A program made the translations under genes and the position numbers. From positions 1 to 45,419 of the forward strand of contig JAKFYP010000056.1 in assembly GCA_021730835.1 (NCBI GenBank): a DNA stretch of 45,419 nt. The letters are read 5' to 3'. This stretch comes from Alphaproteobacteria bacterium (GTDB lineage: Bacteria > Pseudomonadota > Alphaproteobacteria > Rickettsiales > UBA998). Positions 29,444 to 38,045 of the stretch are shown here, piece after piece. The notes below the pieces were generated by a model. It did not search any database and was not told the origin of the DNA. It worked only from the letters and a program-made list of their open reading frames with translations. The number at the start of each line of letters is the position of its first letter. Position 1 is the first letter of the stretch.

Positions 29444-29607
29444 GCTTTTGCTGTGCATCTGGTGCAAAAACAAACCGTGAAAAACATGAGTCCCACAAAA
29501 ATGTGTATGATCGCCGTTCAAGTAATTTTTATAAGCGGCGTGCGGGATTATGTTGATAAAAACCCGAAAAACACTAAGTCCGGCATTGTCCTGTTGATGG
29601 AAAGAAG

Positions 29608-31341
29608 ATGATAAGAAAAGCAAGAGATTCGCAAGAGTTGCAGCCGTCGCTTAGCAAAATGATAAAAAGGACTCGGCGTTCTCTTTTTTATGCGGCTCTC
29701 TTTAGCCTGTGTTTGAATCTGGTGATGTTGGCCTTGCCGCTTTACTCCCTGCAGGTGCTTGATCGTGTGATGTCCAGCGCCAGTTTGGAAACACTGGTAA
29801 TGCTGACCCTGATTACGCTGGTTGCGTTTGTCTTTTACAGCATCTTTATGGCGGTGCGTGGTTTTATTCTCTCCGGTGTCAGTGAGTGGCTGGATCATTC
29901 AGTAGCACCGCAACTGGTATCTGAAGCGGTGGTGCGTTCCTCCCTCGGTTCCCTGTCTCAGGCAGGGCAATTTCAGCGTGATCTGATGGCAATCAAGAGT
30001 TTTATCTCGGGAGGGCCGCTGGCAACCTTGCTGGATGCACCCTGGTCATTTATTTTTATTTTGGTCATCTATATGATTAACCCCTGGCTTGGCGTGCTGG
30101 CGGTATTCGGGCTGGTGGCGCTGGTGGGGTTTGGCGTTATTAATGAACTGGCAACGCGCAAGGTATTTAAAAAATCAGCGGAGCTTTCGACCAGAAGCCA
30201 GATGCTGGCGGATACGGCCAGCAATAACGCTGAGGCGATAGAGTCGATGGGCATGATGGAGAACGTGCTTGCCAGTTGGCGGCGCTTTCATCAGGAATCG
30301 GGTTATCATCAGTCGGTTGGCACAAGGCGCGGTACGCTTATACAGTCAGTTTCGCGCTTTATTCGCATGGGGATCCAGATTGGCGTGACGGCGGTAGGTG
30401 GTTATCTGGTGTTGCAGCACCAGATGACAGTAGGCGGTATGATTGCCGGGTCTATTCTGGTGGGGCGGGCGCTGGCGCCGTTTGAGGGGGCGATTTCGAT
30501 CTGGAAATCGTGGATTTCAGCCCGTGATGCCTGGGAACGCTTAGGCAAGGCGCTGGGCGCTTCGGATAAGCTGGAGCGTGGTACGGTAGCGTTGCCTGCC
30601 CCGCAGGGCCTGCTGACGGTTGAGAACGTGATTTATACGCCGGTGAAAAATAACCCGATCATCAAGGGGATTAGCTTCAGTATTATGCCGGGTGAGAGCC
30701 TCGGGATCATCGGGCCGAGCGCAGCGGGTAAATCGACGATGGCCAAATTACTGGTCGGCCTGCTGCCGCCTTCGCACGGCGCGATACGGCTGGACGGGGC
30801 GGAGACCTTTAAATGGAACCGCGCCGATTTCGGACAGTATGTCGGTTACCTTCCGCAGCATGTCGATCTATTCGACGGGACGATCAAGGATAACATCGCC
30901 CGCCTGAATTTTGATGCGCCGATGGAAAGTGTGATTGAGGCGGCGCGCAAGGCGCACGTACATGAGCTGATTCTGCGGTTGCCCAACGGGTATGAAACCG
31001 AGTGCGGGATTGGCAATCTGGGCCTCTCTCCCGGACAGCGGCAACGGATCGGGCTGGCGCGGGCGCTATACGGCCAGCCACGGTTTATCGTGCTTGATGA
31101 GCCGAACTCCAATCTGGACGGGGAAGGGGAGCGGGCACTGATTGATACGCTCAAAATCCTGCATGCGGAAAACATTACCACGGTTGTGGTTGCGCACCGC
31201 CCAACGATTGTCTCTACGGTGGATAAGCTGTTGGTGCTGCGTTCGGGCACGATTGAAAAATTTGGGCCGCGTGAAGATATTCTGCGGCAGTATGCGTCGA
31301 CTCAGGTACAGGCGGCGGCGCAAAAAGCAGTATCGGGGTAG
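29608..31341 (+). CDS. type I secretion system permease/ATPase (PrtD/AprD type, no N-terminal C39 domain)
   Basis: It has an N-terminal 6-TM domain, Walker A GPSAAGKST, signature LSPGQRQRIGLARAL and Walker B FIVLDEPNSNLD. 577 aa. Confidence 0.9.
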   Translation: MIRKARDSQELQPSLSKMIKRTRRSLFYAALFSLCLNLVMLALPLYSLQVLDRVMSSASLETLVMLTLITLVAFVFYSIFMAVRGFILSGVSEWLDHSVAPQLVSEAVVRSSLGSLSQAGQFQRDLMAIKSFISGGPLATLLDAPWSFIFILVIYMINPWLGVLAVFGLVALVGFGVINELATRKVFKKSAELSTRSQMLADTASNNAEAIESMGMMENVLASWRRFHQESGYHQSVGTRRGTLIQSVSRFIRMGIQIGVTAVGGYLVLQHQMTVGGMIAGSILVGRALAPFEGAISIWKSWISARDAWERLGKALGASDKLERGTVALPAPQGLLTVENVIYTPVKNNPIIKGISFSIMPGESLGIIGPSAAGKSTMAKLLVGLLPPSHGAIRLDGAETFKWNRADFGQYVGYLPQHVDLFDGTIKDNIARLNFDAPMESVIEAARKAHVHELILRLPNGYETECGIGNLGLSPGQRQRIGLARALYGQPRFIVLDEPNSNLDGEGERALIDTLKILHAENITTVVVAHRPTIVSTVDKLLVLRSGTIEKFGPREDILRQYASTQVQAAAQKAVSG

Positions 31342-31344
31342 GTT

Positions 31345-32778
31345 ATGTCGGAAGTGTCGCTGGTTCAGGCTGAGGGAGAAGAAAAATCGGTTGCAGTGCT
31401 GGCTCGTAAGGGAATCAGGCTGCTTGACCGGGTAGGTGAGTATGTTATGCCGCCCGTGCAGCAGGAGCCGGATTCTCCCGAAGCGATTTCCGGGCGTTCA
31501 ATCCGAGTCGGGATGTTCGCTCTGCTCCTGTTTTTTGGGGTATTTGGGTTATGGTCAGCAATTGCGCCGTTAAACAGCGCAGCAGTAGCCGGTGGGCATG
31601 TCATCCTCGATTCCAACCGTAAAACGATCCAGCATCTTGAGGGTGGTATTATCAAGGAAATTCTCGTCAAGGAGGGCGATAAGGTCAAAAAAGGGGAAGC
31701 GCTGGTGAGGCTCGATGAAACAGCGGCGCAAGCCAGACTGGATTTGCTCAGTGGTCAGAGTATCGCGGCACGGGCGACAGAGGCTCGGCTGCTGGCAGAG
31801 CGTGACAACCGCGAAGACATCGTTTTTCCTGATGATCTGCTCAGGCTGGAACAGACGCACCATGCCGTTGTTGAAGAGAATCTCGATAGCCAGCGTCGCC
31901 TTTTTGACTCCCGGCGCAAAAACGTTGAGGGACAGATAGCGATTTTGCACCAGAAGATAGAGCAGTTTAAGAAGGAAATCGAGGGGCTTAAATCCCAGAA
32001 GAATTCCGCCGACGAACAGATAGGGTTTCTGCAGGAAGAAATAGGCGCAGTGCGTAAATTGCTGGCTTCCGGCAATGCGTCCAAACCCCGCCTGTTGGCG
32101 CTGGAGCGCAATAAGGCGGCGATTGACGGGGAGCGGGGAGATTATGTTGCCAGAATTTCGCGTTCACAGCAAAGCATTGCGGAAGCAGAAATTTCCATGA
32201 TTAACCTGCGCAATGATTTCCTCAACGATGTGGTGGGGGAACTGAGGGAAACGCAGGTGCAAATCGCCGATCTCGAGGAGCGGATACGCGCCAGCGCCGA
32301 TACGGTGGTGCGCATCAACATCCTCGCGCCGATCTCCGGGGTGATTACCGGCCTCAAAGTACATACGCTGGGCGGTGTCATTGCGCCGGGCGAGCCGATT
32401 ATGGATATCGTCCCGCAGGATGACAAGCTGATTGTCGAAGCGAAAGTGCAGCCGAGGGATATTGACGTGGTGCGCGCCGGTCTGATTGCCCGTGTACGCC
32501 TGAGCGCCTATAAGAGCCGGAAAGTACCGCCGGTGGAGGGAACGGTGCAGCAGATTTCCGCAGATCGTTTTCAGGATGAGCGCACCGGTGAAGCATATTA
32601 TCTGGCGCGGATCGAAATCAGCTATGATGAGCTGGATAAACTGAAAAAACTGGAGGAAGTGGAACTCTATCCGGGGATGCCGGCGGATGTGCTGATTGTC
32701 ACGGGTTCACGCACTTTCCTGTCTTATATGTTCACCCCGCTTACCGATTCACTCAGCCATGCGTTCCGTGAACAATAA
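31345..32778 (+). CDS. HlyD-family type I secretion membrane fusion protein
   Basis: It has a single N-terminal TM segment, a long coiled-coil middle region and a C-terminal beta domain (VIVTGSRTFLSYMFTPL). It starts 3 nt after the ABC gene. Confidence 0.9.
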   Translation: MSEVSLVQAEGEEKSVAVLARKGIRLLDRVGEYVMPPVQQEPDSPEAISGRSIRVGMFALLLFFGVFGLWSAIAPLNSAAVAGGHVILDSNRKTIQHLEGGIIKEILVKEGDKVKKGEALVRLDETAAQARLDLLSGQSIAARATEARLLAERDNREDIVFPDDLLRLEQTHHAVVEENLDSQRRLFDSRRKNVEGQIAILHQKIEQFKKEIEGLKSQKNSADEQIGFLQEEIGAVRKLLASGNASKPRLLALERNKAAIDGERGDYVARISRSQQSIAEAEISMINLRNDFLNDVVGELRETQVQIADLEERIRASADTVVRINILAPISGVITGLKVHTLGGVIAPGEPIMDIVPQDDKLIVEAKVQPRDIDVVRAGLIARVRLSAYKSRKVPPVEGTVQQISADRFQDERTGEAYYLARIEISYDELDKLKKLEEVELYPGMPADVLIVTGSRTFLSYMFTPLTDSLSHAFREQ

Positions 32779-32783
32779 ACCAC

Positions 32784-33203
32784 TCAGTGCCCCGCTGCCA
32801 GCAGGTTTTTGATGGTAGCCGGAAAAGAAGAGCGGATTGGTTGAGCCTTGACCCGAAGCCATGCGCACAGGCCTGATTCCATTTGCATGATGGTATCGTT
32901 GAGCATGCGGGCGGTCGGGCAGGAAAGTCGGAACGTATGAATATGACCGCTGGCGTCGGAAAGCGCCATGACGCCGAACTCTTCGGGATTGGAGCTGGTT
33001 TCATTATCCAGCGCAAAATCAGTGGCATGAAATACGGAATTCAGTTCGCGGTACAGTTCAAGCGGATCTTCCGGGCCGTGGGTGTGTGCGTCAACGATGA
33101 CAAGCGCTTCTCCGTTCTTGAAATTGGTCATATGCTTGAAATGATCGAGGCATAGTTCACGACGCCATTCCTTAACAATCTCCAGGGCATCTTCTTCGAG
33201 CAT
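32784..33203 (-). CDS. hypothetical protein (139 aa)
   Basis: An ORF with reasonable codon composition and no recognisable motif. It is convergent with the HlyD gene (5-nt gap) and is transcribed divergently from astB across a very AT-rich spacer. Confidence 0.45.
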   Translation of the reverse strand: MLEEDALEIVKEWRRELCLDHFKHMTNFKNGEALVIVDAHTHGPEDPLELYRELNSVFHATDFALDNETSSNPEEFGVMALSDASGHIHTFRLSCPTARMLNDTIMQMESGLCAWLRVKAQPIRSSFPATIKNLLAAGH

Positions 33204-33321
33204 GATCTGATCCTTATTTGTTAAATAAATGTTTAATCGTACTTTTCATGATTACTGAATACTATTATATCAATAATTATACAAATGTTCCACATTATTT
33301 TAACTATTTATTAATACTAAC
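33204..33321. promoter_or_regulatory. extremely AT-rich divergent intergenic region (probable promoters for astB and the 139-aa ORF)
   Basis: A hand count of 33221-33320 gives 17% G+C, against about 60% in the flanking genes. It lies between two divergently oriented start codons. Confidence 0.35.
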
Positions 33322-34668
33322 ATGTATACATACGCGGAACTTCAGTGTGACGGCCTGATTGGGCCTACACACCATTATGCCGGATTGAGCCGAGGGAACG
33401 TGGCTTCCCTCACCAATGCCGGCAGCATTGCCTACCCGAAACAGGCGGCCCTGCAGGGGCTGGAGAAAATGCGGCTGGTTGCTTCTCTGGGTATCCCGCA
33501 GATCGTCTTGCCGCCGCCGCCCCGCCCCAACCTCGTCTTGCTGCGGCATCTGGGGTTTACCGGCTCAACGGAGACGATGCTGGCGGCTGCATGGCGTGAA
33601 AATCCGCAGCTTTTGAGTGCCGTCTGGTCGGCTTCGGGCATGTGGGCCGCCAATATGGCCACGGTTTCCCCGGCTTGCGATACGGCTGACGGGAAGCTGC
33701 ACATGACGCCCGCCAATCTGGCCAGTACGCTGCATCGCCATCAGGAGGCCTTATTTTCTCACCGGCTGCTGACGCGGGTTTTCGGGGAGGTGGGGGTTAT
33801 CCATGCGCCTCTGCCTGCCTGTGTGCCCTATACGGATGAAGGGGCGGCCAATCATATGCGCCTGAGCGCTCAGTACGGGCAGAGAGGGGTTGAGATATTC
33901 GTCTACGGGCGAGAGGCGGCGGATGCCCCTTCGGCCTGCCCGCAGCGTTTCCCGGCGCGCCAGACGCGTGAAGCCTGTGAGACTATCGCTCGTCTGCACG
34001 GATTGCCGGAAGAACGGCGTCTGTTCGTGCGTCAGAGCGCCGGTGCGATTGATGCCGGGGTGTTTCATAACGATGTGATTGCCATGAGCAATGGTCCGCT
34101 CCTGATCTATCATGAGCTTGCCTTTACCGATGAGGCGGTATTTTTGGAGGAACTGACGACAAAATTGCCGCAAGTGCAACGGATTCGTATCCGTGAGGCG
34201 GATTTGCCGCTGGCGGAGGCGGTACGGAGTTATTTTTTCAATTCTCAGATGTTGAGCCTGCCCGGCTCGGAAGAGATGGTAATCATTGGCCCGGTGGAGT
34301 GCCGGAAAAGTGAAGCAGCCCGCACAGCGCTGGAGCGGCTGAAGCAAAGCCCGGACAATCCGGTGCGCGAGGTGCATTACCTCGATATACGGGAAAGCAT
34401 GAAAAATGGAGGAGGGCCTGCCTGCCTGCGTTTGCGGGTAGTCATTGACGAAATATCTCTGCAAAAACTCCCGCAGGGCATATTCATGAATGATGCCTTA
34501 TACGAAAAACTGCATCACTATATCTCCGTGCACTATCCGGAAAAGCTGGAAGTTTCTGATTGTATCCGCTCGGGGCTGATTTTTTCCTGTCAGGAAATAT
34601 ATAAGCAACTTGAAACTATTCTGGGGCTGGAGGGGATGTATGATAATATGGAAAGCGAATTTCTGTAA
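33322..34668 (+). CDS. astB: N-succinylarginine dihydrolase
   Basis: It matches E. coli AstB along its length: DGLIGPTHHYAGLS, DEGAANHMRL, FPARQTREA, GVFHNDVIA and the catalytic-Cys motif NGGGPACLRLRVV. Confidence 0.9.
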   Translation: MYTYAELQCDGLIGPTHHYAGLSRGNVASLTNAGSIAYPKQAALQGLEKMRLVASLGIPQIVLPPPPRPNLVLLRHLGFTGSTETMLAAAWRENPQLLSAVWSASGMWAANMATVSPACDTADGKLHMTPANLASTLHRHQEALFSHRLLTRVFGEVGVIHAPLPACVPYTDEGAANHMRLSAQYGQRGVEIFVYGREAADAPSACPQRFPARQTREACETIARLHGLPEERRLFVRQSAGAIDAGVFHNDVIAMSNGPLLIYHELAFTDEAVFLEELTTKLPQVQRIRIREADLPLAEAVRSYFFNSQMLSLPGSEEMVIIGPVECRKSEAARTALERLKQSPDNPVREVHYLDIRESMKNGGGPACLRLRVVIDEISLQKLPQGIFMNDALYEKLHHYISVHYPEKLEVSDCIRSGLIFSCQEIYKQLETILGLEGMYDNMESEFL

Positions 34669-34896
34669 TTTTTAGGTTATGGAAAAATGATGGCCCTTAA
34701 GATCATCATATATGATGTTGAAAATCAAAGTTTTATATATCGTATGGCCGATTTGCTTTATGAGTATACATAAACTGAATGGGCTATAAGAAGATGAGCA
34801 TCCCACAGGTGGATGCTGTATCTTTATGGTTGGCCAGCGGATGCTGGCAGGGGAAGGTTGGGAGGGGGGATGATGCAAAGGTCTCTCTATAAGCGG

Positions 34897-35571
34897 CTAG
34901 GCAAAATGGCTACGGATGTCCTCCAGCCGGTCTTCAAATGACATGGCTACCATATTGCCGATGGAATTGAGAATGGTAATTGCGTTGAACGGCGCATCGC
35001 AACCGGGGGCGGCCCCCGCCTTCAGGCGAGTAATAATCCCCTTGTTTACCTCGTATATTTCGCGGTAAATGGTCTGGATGTCGTCGATGATATGCTCCCA
35101 TTCCTTCCAGTCCGTCTTTCCCTCAAGGTAGGGTTTCATAAAATAGGTTCCGACGACGCGAAACAGGGTTTCCTCGTGTGTGGCAAACGGCAGATGAAAC
35201 CACGCCATTCCCTTAAACGGTTCAAAGGCGGGGCAGCCGCTACGGGCCATCACCAGCCCGAACAGGCCGCTTAATCCTTCCTGTATGGTTGTGGATTTCA
35301 GGTAATTACGTTCGGATGTTTCCACCAGTACCTCCGCCGTTTCGTAAGAAGGCAGCTTATCAAGCAGCATGGCCGGGCCATGCAGGCCAACGGCTACCGG
35401 GCAACGATCGCTTTGTGTCCAGCGGCATCCCTCGCACTGGTGAAATTCCAGCCGTGTCCATTCGGGCAGACCTTCCGGTTCAGGCATTGGTTGCTTGCTG
35501 ATTTCTACCGTATACGAAACACGGCTCATATCTTTGAGCGTAAAATGGTAGGTAATCTCTTTTTTTTCCAT
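34897..35571 (-). CDS. conserved-looking hypothetical protein with a Cys cluster
   Basis: 224 aa with the motif EFHQCEGCRWTQSDRCPVA plus SGCPAF and PGCDAPF. I cannot name a family. Confidence 0.55.
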   Translation of the reverse strand: MEKKEITYHFTLKDMSRVSYTVEISKQPMPEPEGLPEWTRLEFHQCEGCRWTQSDRCPVAVGLHGPAMLLDKLPSYETAEVLVETSERNYLKSTTIQEGLSGLFGLVMARSGCPAFEPFKGMAWFHLPFATHEETLFRVVGTYFMKPYLEGKTDWKEWEHIIDDIQTIYREIYEVNKGIITRLKAGAAPGCDAPFNAITILNSIGNMVAMSFEDRLEDIRSHFA

Positions 35572-35586
35572 TGTATTACCGTTTTA

Positions 35587-35715
35587 ATAGTCATTTCACT
35601 TAATAATTTCCTGTAAAGTCGGAATGACTATGGCTTGCGACCGCAAGCTCGCCGCTTATGCGGCGTAACCTACTTTATTTTTTCTTATGAAGAAAAAATA
35701 AAGTGGAAAGACAAT
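35587..35715 (+). repeat. nested-hairpin intergenic repeat, full-length (copy C)
   Basis: It is near-identical to the reverse complement of 5204..5331. Its modules are atagtcatttcac...gtcggaatgactat, ggcttgcgaccgcaagc, gccgcttatgcggc and ctttattttttcttatgaagaaaaaataaag. Confidence 0.85.
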
Positions 35716-35847
35716 AAGAACGCATCCTGACTATCCCGTAGCATTTTCAGGAAAAATGTAAAAGATTCACGCCATGGCTGCAACGGGGCGGGTTAAATCT
35801 GACGTATCCGGGTTTATTTTAGCGCAGAAATGTTAAAAATGTGTCCG

Positions 35848-36891
35848 TCAGGGAAAAACCGGCACATGCCGGAGGCCGGTTGTCTCGTCAAAACCGAACA
35901 TCAGATTCATATTTTGAACGGCCTGCCCGGAAGCGCCTTTAACCAGATTATCAATTGCGCTGACGAGGATAGCATCTTCCGGCCTGCGTCCGGCGAACAG
36001 GTTGATACGGCAGGTATTTGTGCCGGTCACATGCTGTGTTTGAGGATACGCACCCTCGGGCAGGATGGTCACGAACGGCTCGGCCCGGTAAGCCCGCTCA
36101 AGGTAAGCCCGTGCCTGTTGCAGCGTATAGCCGTTCAGGCGGACATAGATGGTTGCCAGCATGCCGCGCTTCATCGGCACGAGATGCGGAGTAAAGTGCA
36201 CCTCGACGGGCCGTTCCGCTGCCCAGGAAAGCACCTGCTCGATTTCGGGCCGGTGACGATGCTGGCCGACGCCGTAAGCGCTGAAGCCGCCCTCAATCTC
36301 GCAAAATAACAGGTTGCGCTTCATGCTCCGCCCCGCTCCGGTGACGCCGGACTTGGCGTCAATAATGATCGGATCCGGACAGATCATGCCCTCCTGCAGA
36401 AGCGGCAGGAGTGGCAACAGGGAGACAGTCGGGTAGCAGCCGGGATTGGCGACCAGCCGGGCGGAAGCGATTGCCTCACGGACATACTCGCTCAGGCCAT
36501 AGACGGCGCTTCTCTGAAGCTGTGGAGCGCGGTGTTCATGGCCGTACCATTCGGCGTAAAGCGCCGGATTAAACAGCCGGAAATCAGCCGAGAGATCAAC
36601 GATGCGCACATGGCCGGGCAGGGCGGCGATGATTTCCTGCGTCGTGCCGTGAGGCAGGCAGCAGAATACGAGTTGCACCCCGTTGAAATCCACCTCCTCG
36701 ATTTTCACCAGCGGCGGCAGAGCGAGACCGTGCAGATGCGGAAAACTCTCCTCTATGGGCTGTCCGGCCTGAGAATCGGCGGTCAGGGCAGCGATTTTTA
36801 CATACGGATGATGATGCAGCAGGCGCAGCAATTCCGCACCGGTATAACCGCTCGCGCCGAGAATGACAGTTGGGATGGGAGTGGGGGTCAT
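35848..36891 (-). CDS. argC: N-acetyl-gamma-glutamyl-phosphate reductase
   Basis: It has the N-terminal ILGASGYTGAELLRLL and the active-site motif NPGCYPT. 347 aa. Confidence 0.93.
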   Translation of the reverse strand: MTPTPIPTVILGASGYTGAELLRLLHHHPYVKIAALTADSQAGQPIEESFPHLHGLALPPLVKIEEVDFNGVQLVFCCLPHGTTQEIIAALPGHVRIVDLSADFRLFNPALYAEWYGHEHRAPQLQRSAVYGLSEYVREAIASARLVANPGCYPTVSLLPLLPLLQEGMICPDPIIIDAKSGVTGAGRSMKRNLLFCEIEGGFSAYGVGQHRHRPEIEQVLSWAAERPVEVHFTPHLVPMKRGMLATIYVRLNGYTLQQARAYLERAYRAEPFVTILPEGAYPQTQHVTGTNTCRINLFAGRRPEDAILVSAIDNLVKGASGQAVQNMNLMFGFDETTGLRHVPVFP

Positions 36892-36898
36892 ATTATGA

Positions 36899-37321
36899 TT
36901 ACTTTTCCCTTAAAGCAGTAATAACCGTACCAATAAGAACAACCATAAATAATATAAAGGCTGTTGTCAGGGTGGTATAATAACCCGCGCCTGATAATAA
37001 GAAATCAGGTATAACCCCGAACCAGATCACTAAAATCAACAGACCAAGCAAGGAAAGCAAGGGAATGGTATACGCGCTATAAAAAAGAAGATGTCTCGGC
37101 CTTGCGTGCCATTTTGCTTTTCTTATAAATGCTTCAGCAATTTCTTTTGCTTCCTGATCAAGAGTTCCTGAAGCGATCATCAAGGCAATAAAATCATTTA
37201 TATTTTTCTGAGATGGTTCTTTTCCTGAGTTAGCCTTTTTATATTGTTCCTTAAACTCCGCGATTCTCCTTTCATGCAAAAGGGTAATAATGTACGGCCT
37301 CAACTCCTCTGCCAGCGACAT
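36899..37321 (-). CDS. small membrane protein: soluble helical N-domain plus two C-terminal TM helices (hypothetical)
   Basis: 140 aa. Residues 1-80 are charged and helical, followed by LLFYSAYTIPLLSLLGLLILVIWFGVI and YYTTLTTAFILFMVVLIGTVITAL. The region is low in G+C. The ATG lies 1 nt after the stop of the upstream Dcd-like ORF. Confidence 0.6.
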   Translation of the reverse strand: MSLAEELRPYIITLLHERRIAEFKEQYKKANSGKEPSQKNINDFIALMIASGTLDQEAKEIAEAFIRKAKWHARPRHLLFYSAYTIPLLSLLGLLILVIWFGVIPDFLLSGAGYYTTLTTAFILFMVVLIGTVITALREK

Positions 37322-37322
37322 T

Positions 37323-38045
37323 TTAAGTCAATCCGAGTAATTTTTTCTGTTCTTCGGAGAGATGATTGATAAAATCTCTGGATTTTTCAGTAATCCGCGT
37401 ATTTAAAAATTCTATAAGTTGATTCTTGGTCGTCCGGCTTCCGAACTTCTGAAAACACTCGATAAATTCTTTGTCTTCCGAAAGTCTGGAAAGAGTAATA
37501 TTTTTTTCCGCATGATATTTCGCTTCCGCTCGTTTGCTGTAATCTTTGAGTACGGCTTTTGCTTCCGACAGCACGAGTTGGCAGATTCGCATACCGGGAA
37601 TCAGATGAAAGGAAAAACTTCCGACATTATGAATGGCAATCGGTAGCTTTCCTTCATAACCCGGATTGATATAGCTCGAAAGCCCGACATTGACACCTAA
37701 TCGAATAACGCTGTTGCGATTTTGTATATTGCCCACCAGCTTTTCCGATAGGCTCAAAGTTTCTTTAATCTGCCCCAGAATGAATTCTCCGGGTTGCAAT
37801 ATATAGCCATCGTTTCCCAGGTGCGCGTGGGTAAAATATTCTTTCAATTGCGTCGAATCAGGATAGGGCGCATTGATCTCCATATTTTTCTTAGGAATCT
37901 CAATTTGCTCATCCAACGTCAAATCTACAGAAGACGGTTGGATATTCTCAACCTGGAAAGGGGAAATATGTAATTCTTTTTGATAGATTCTCTCTAGAAT
38001 CTTCATATCCGAGAGCACACTCATAACTACCCCAAGAAATAACAT
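37323..38045 (-). CDS. dCTP deaminase/dUTPase-fold protein with a C-terminal extension (divergent, possibly non-catalytic)
   Basis: It aligns by eye with E. coli Dcd across the fold: LSDMKILERI, SSVDLTL, ILQPGEFILGQIKETLSL, NRNSVIRLGV, INPGYEGKLPIAIHN, IPGMRICQLVL and EAKYHAEK. An extra tail of about 55 aa follows. The Met at 38024 (MSVLSDMKIL), preceded by tggggtag, is the more likely start. Confidence 0.7.
   Translation of the reverse strand: MLFLGVVMSVLSDMKILERIYQKELHISPFQVENIQPSSVDLTLDEQIEIPKKNMEINAPYPDSTQLKEYFTHAHLGNDGYILQPGEFILGQIKETLSLSEKLVGNIQNRNSVIRLGVNVGLSSYINPGYEGKLPIAIHNVGSFSFHLIPGMRICQLVLSEAKAVLKDYSKRAEAKYHAEKNITLSRLSEDKEFIECFQKFGSRTTKNQLIEFLNTRITEKSRDFINHLSEEQKKLLGLT

Noticed and set aside
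34797-34848. Two hairpins (agcatcc-N7-ggatgct at 34797..34817; gccagc-ggat-gctggc at 34833..34848) in the convergent astB / 224-aa ORF spacer, considered as bidirectional terminators.
   Set aside because: Neither is followed by a convincing T-tract on either strand. They may still contribute to termination or RNA stability, but the sequence alone does not support a terminator call.
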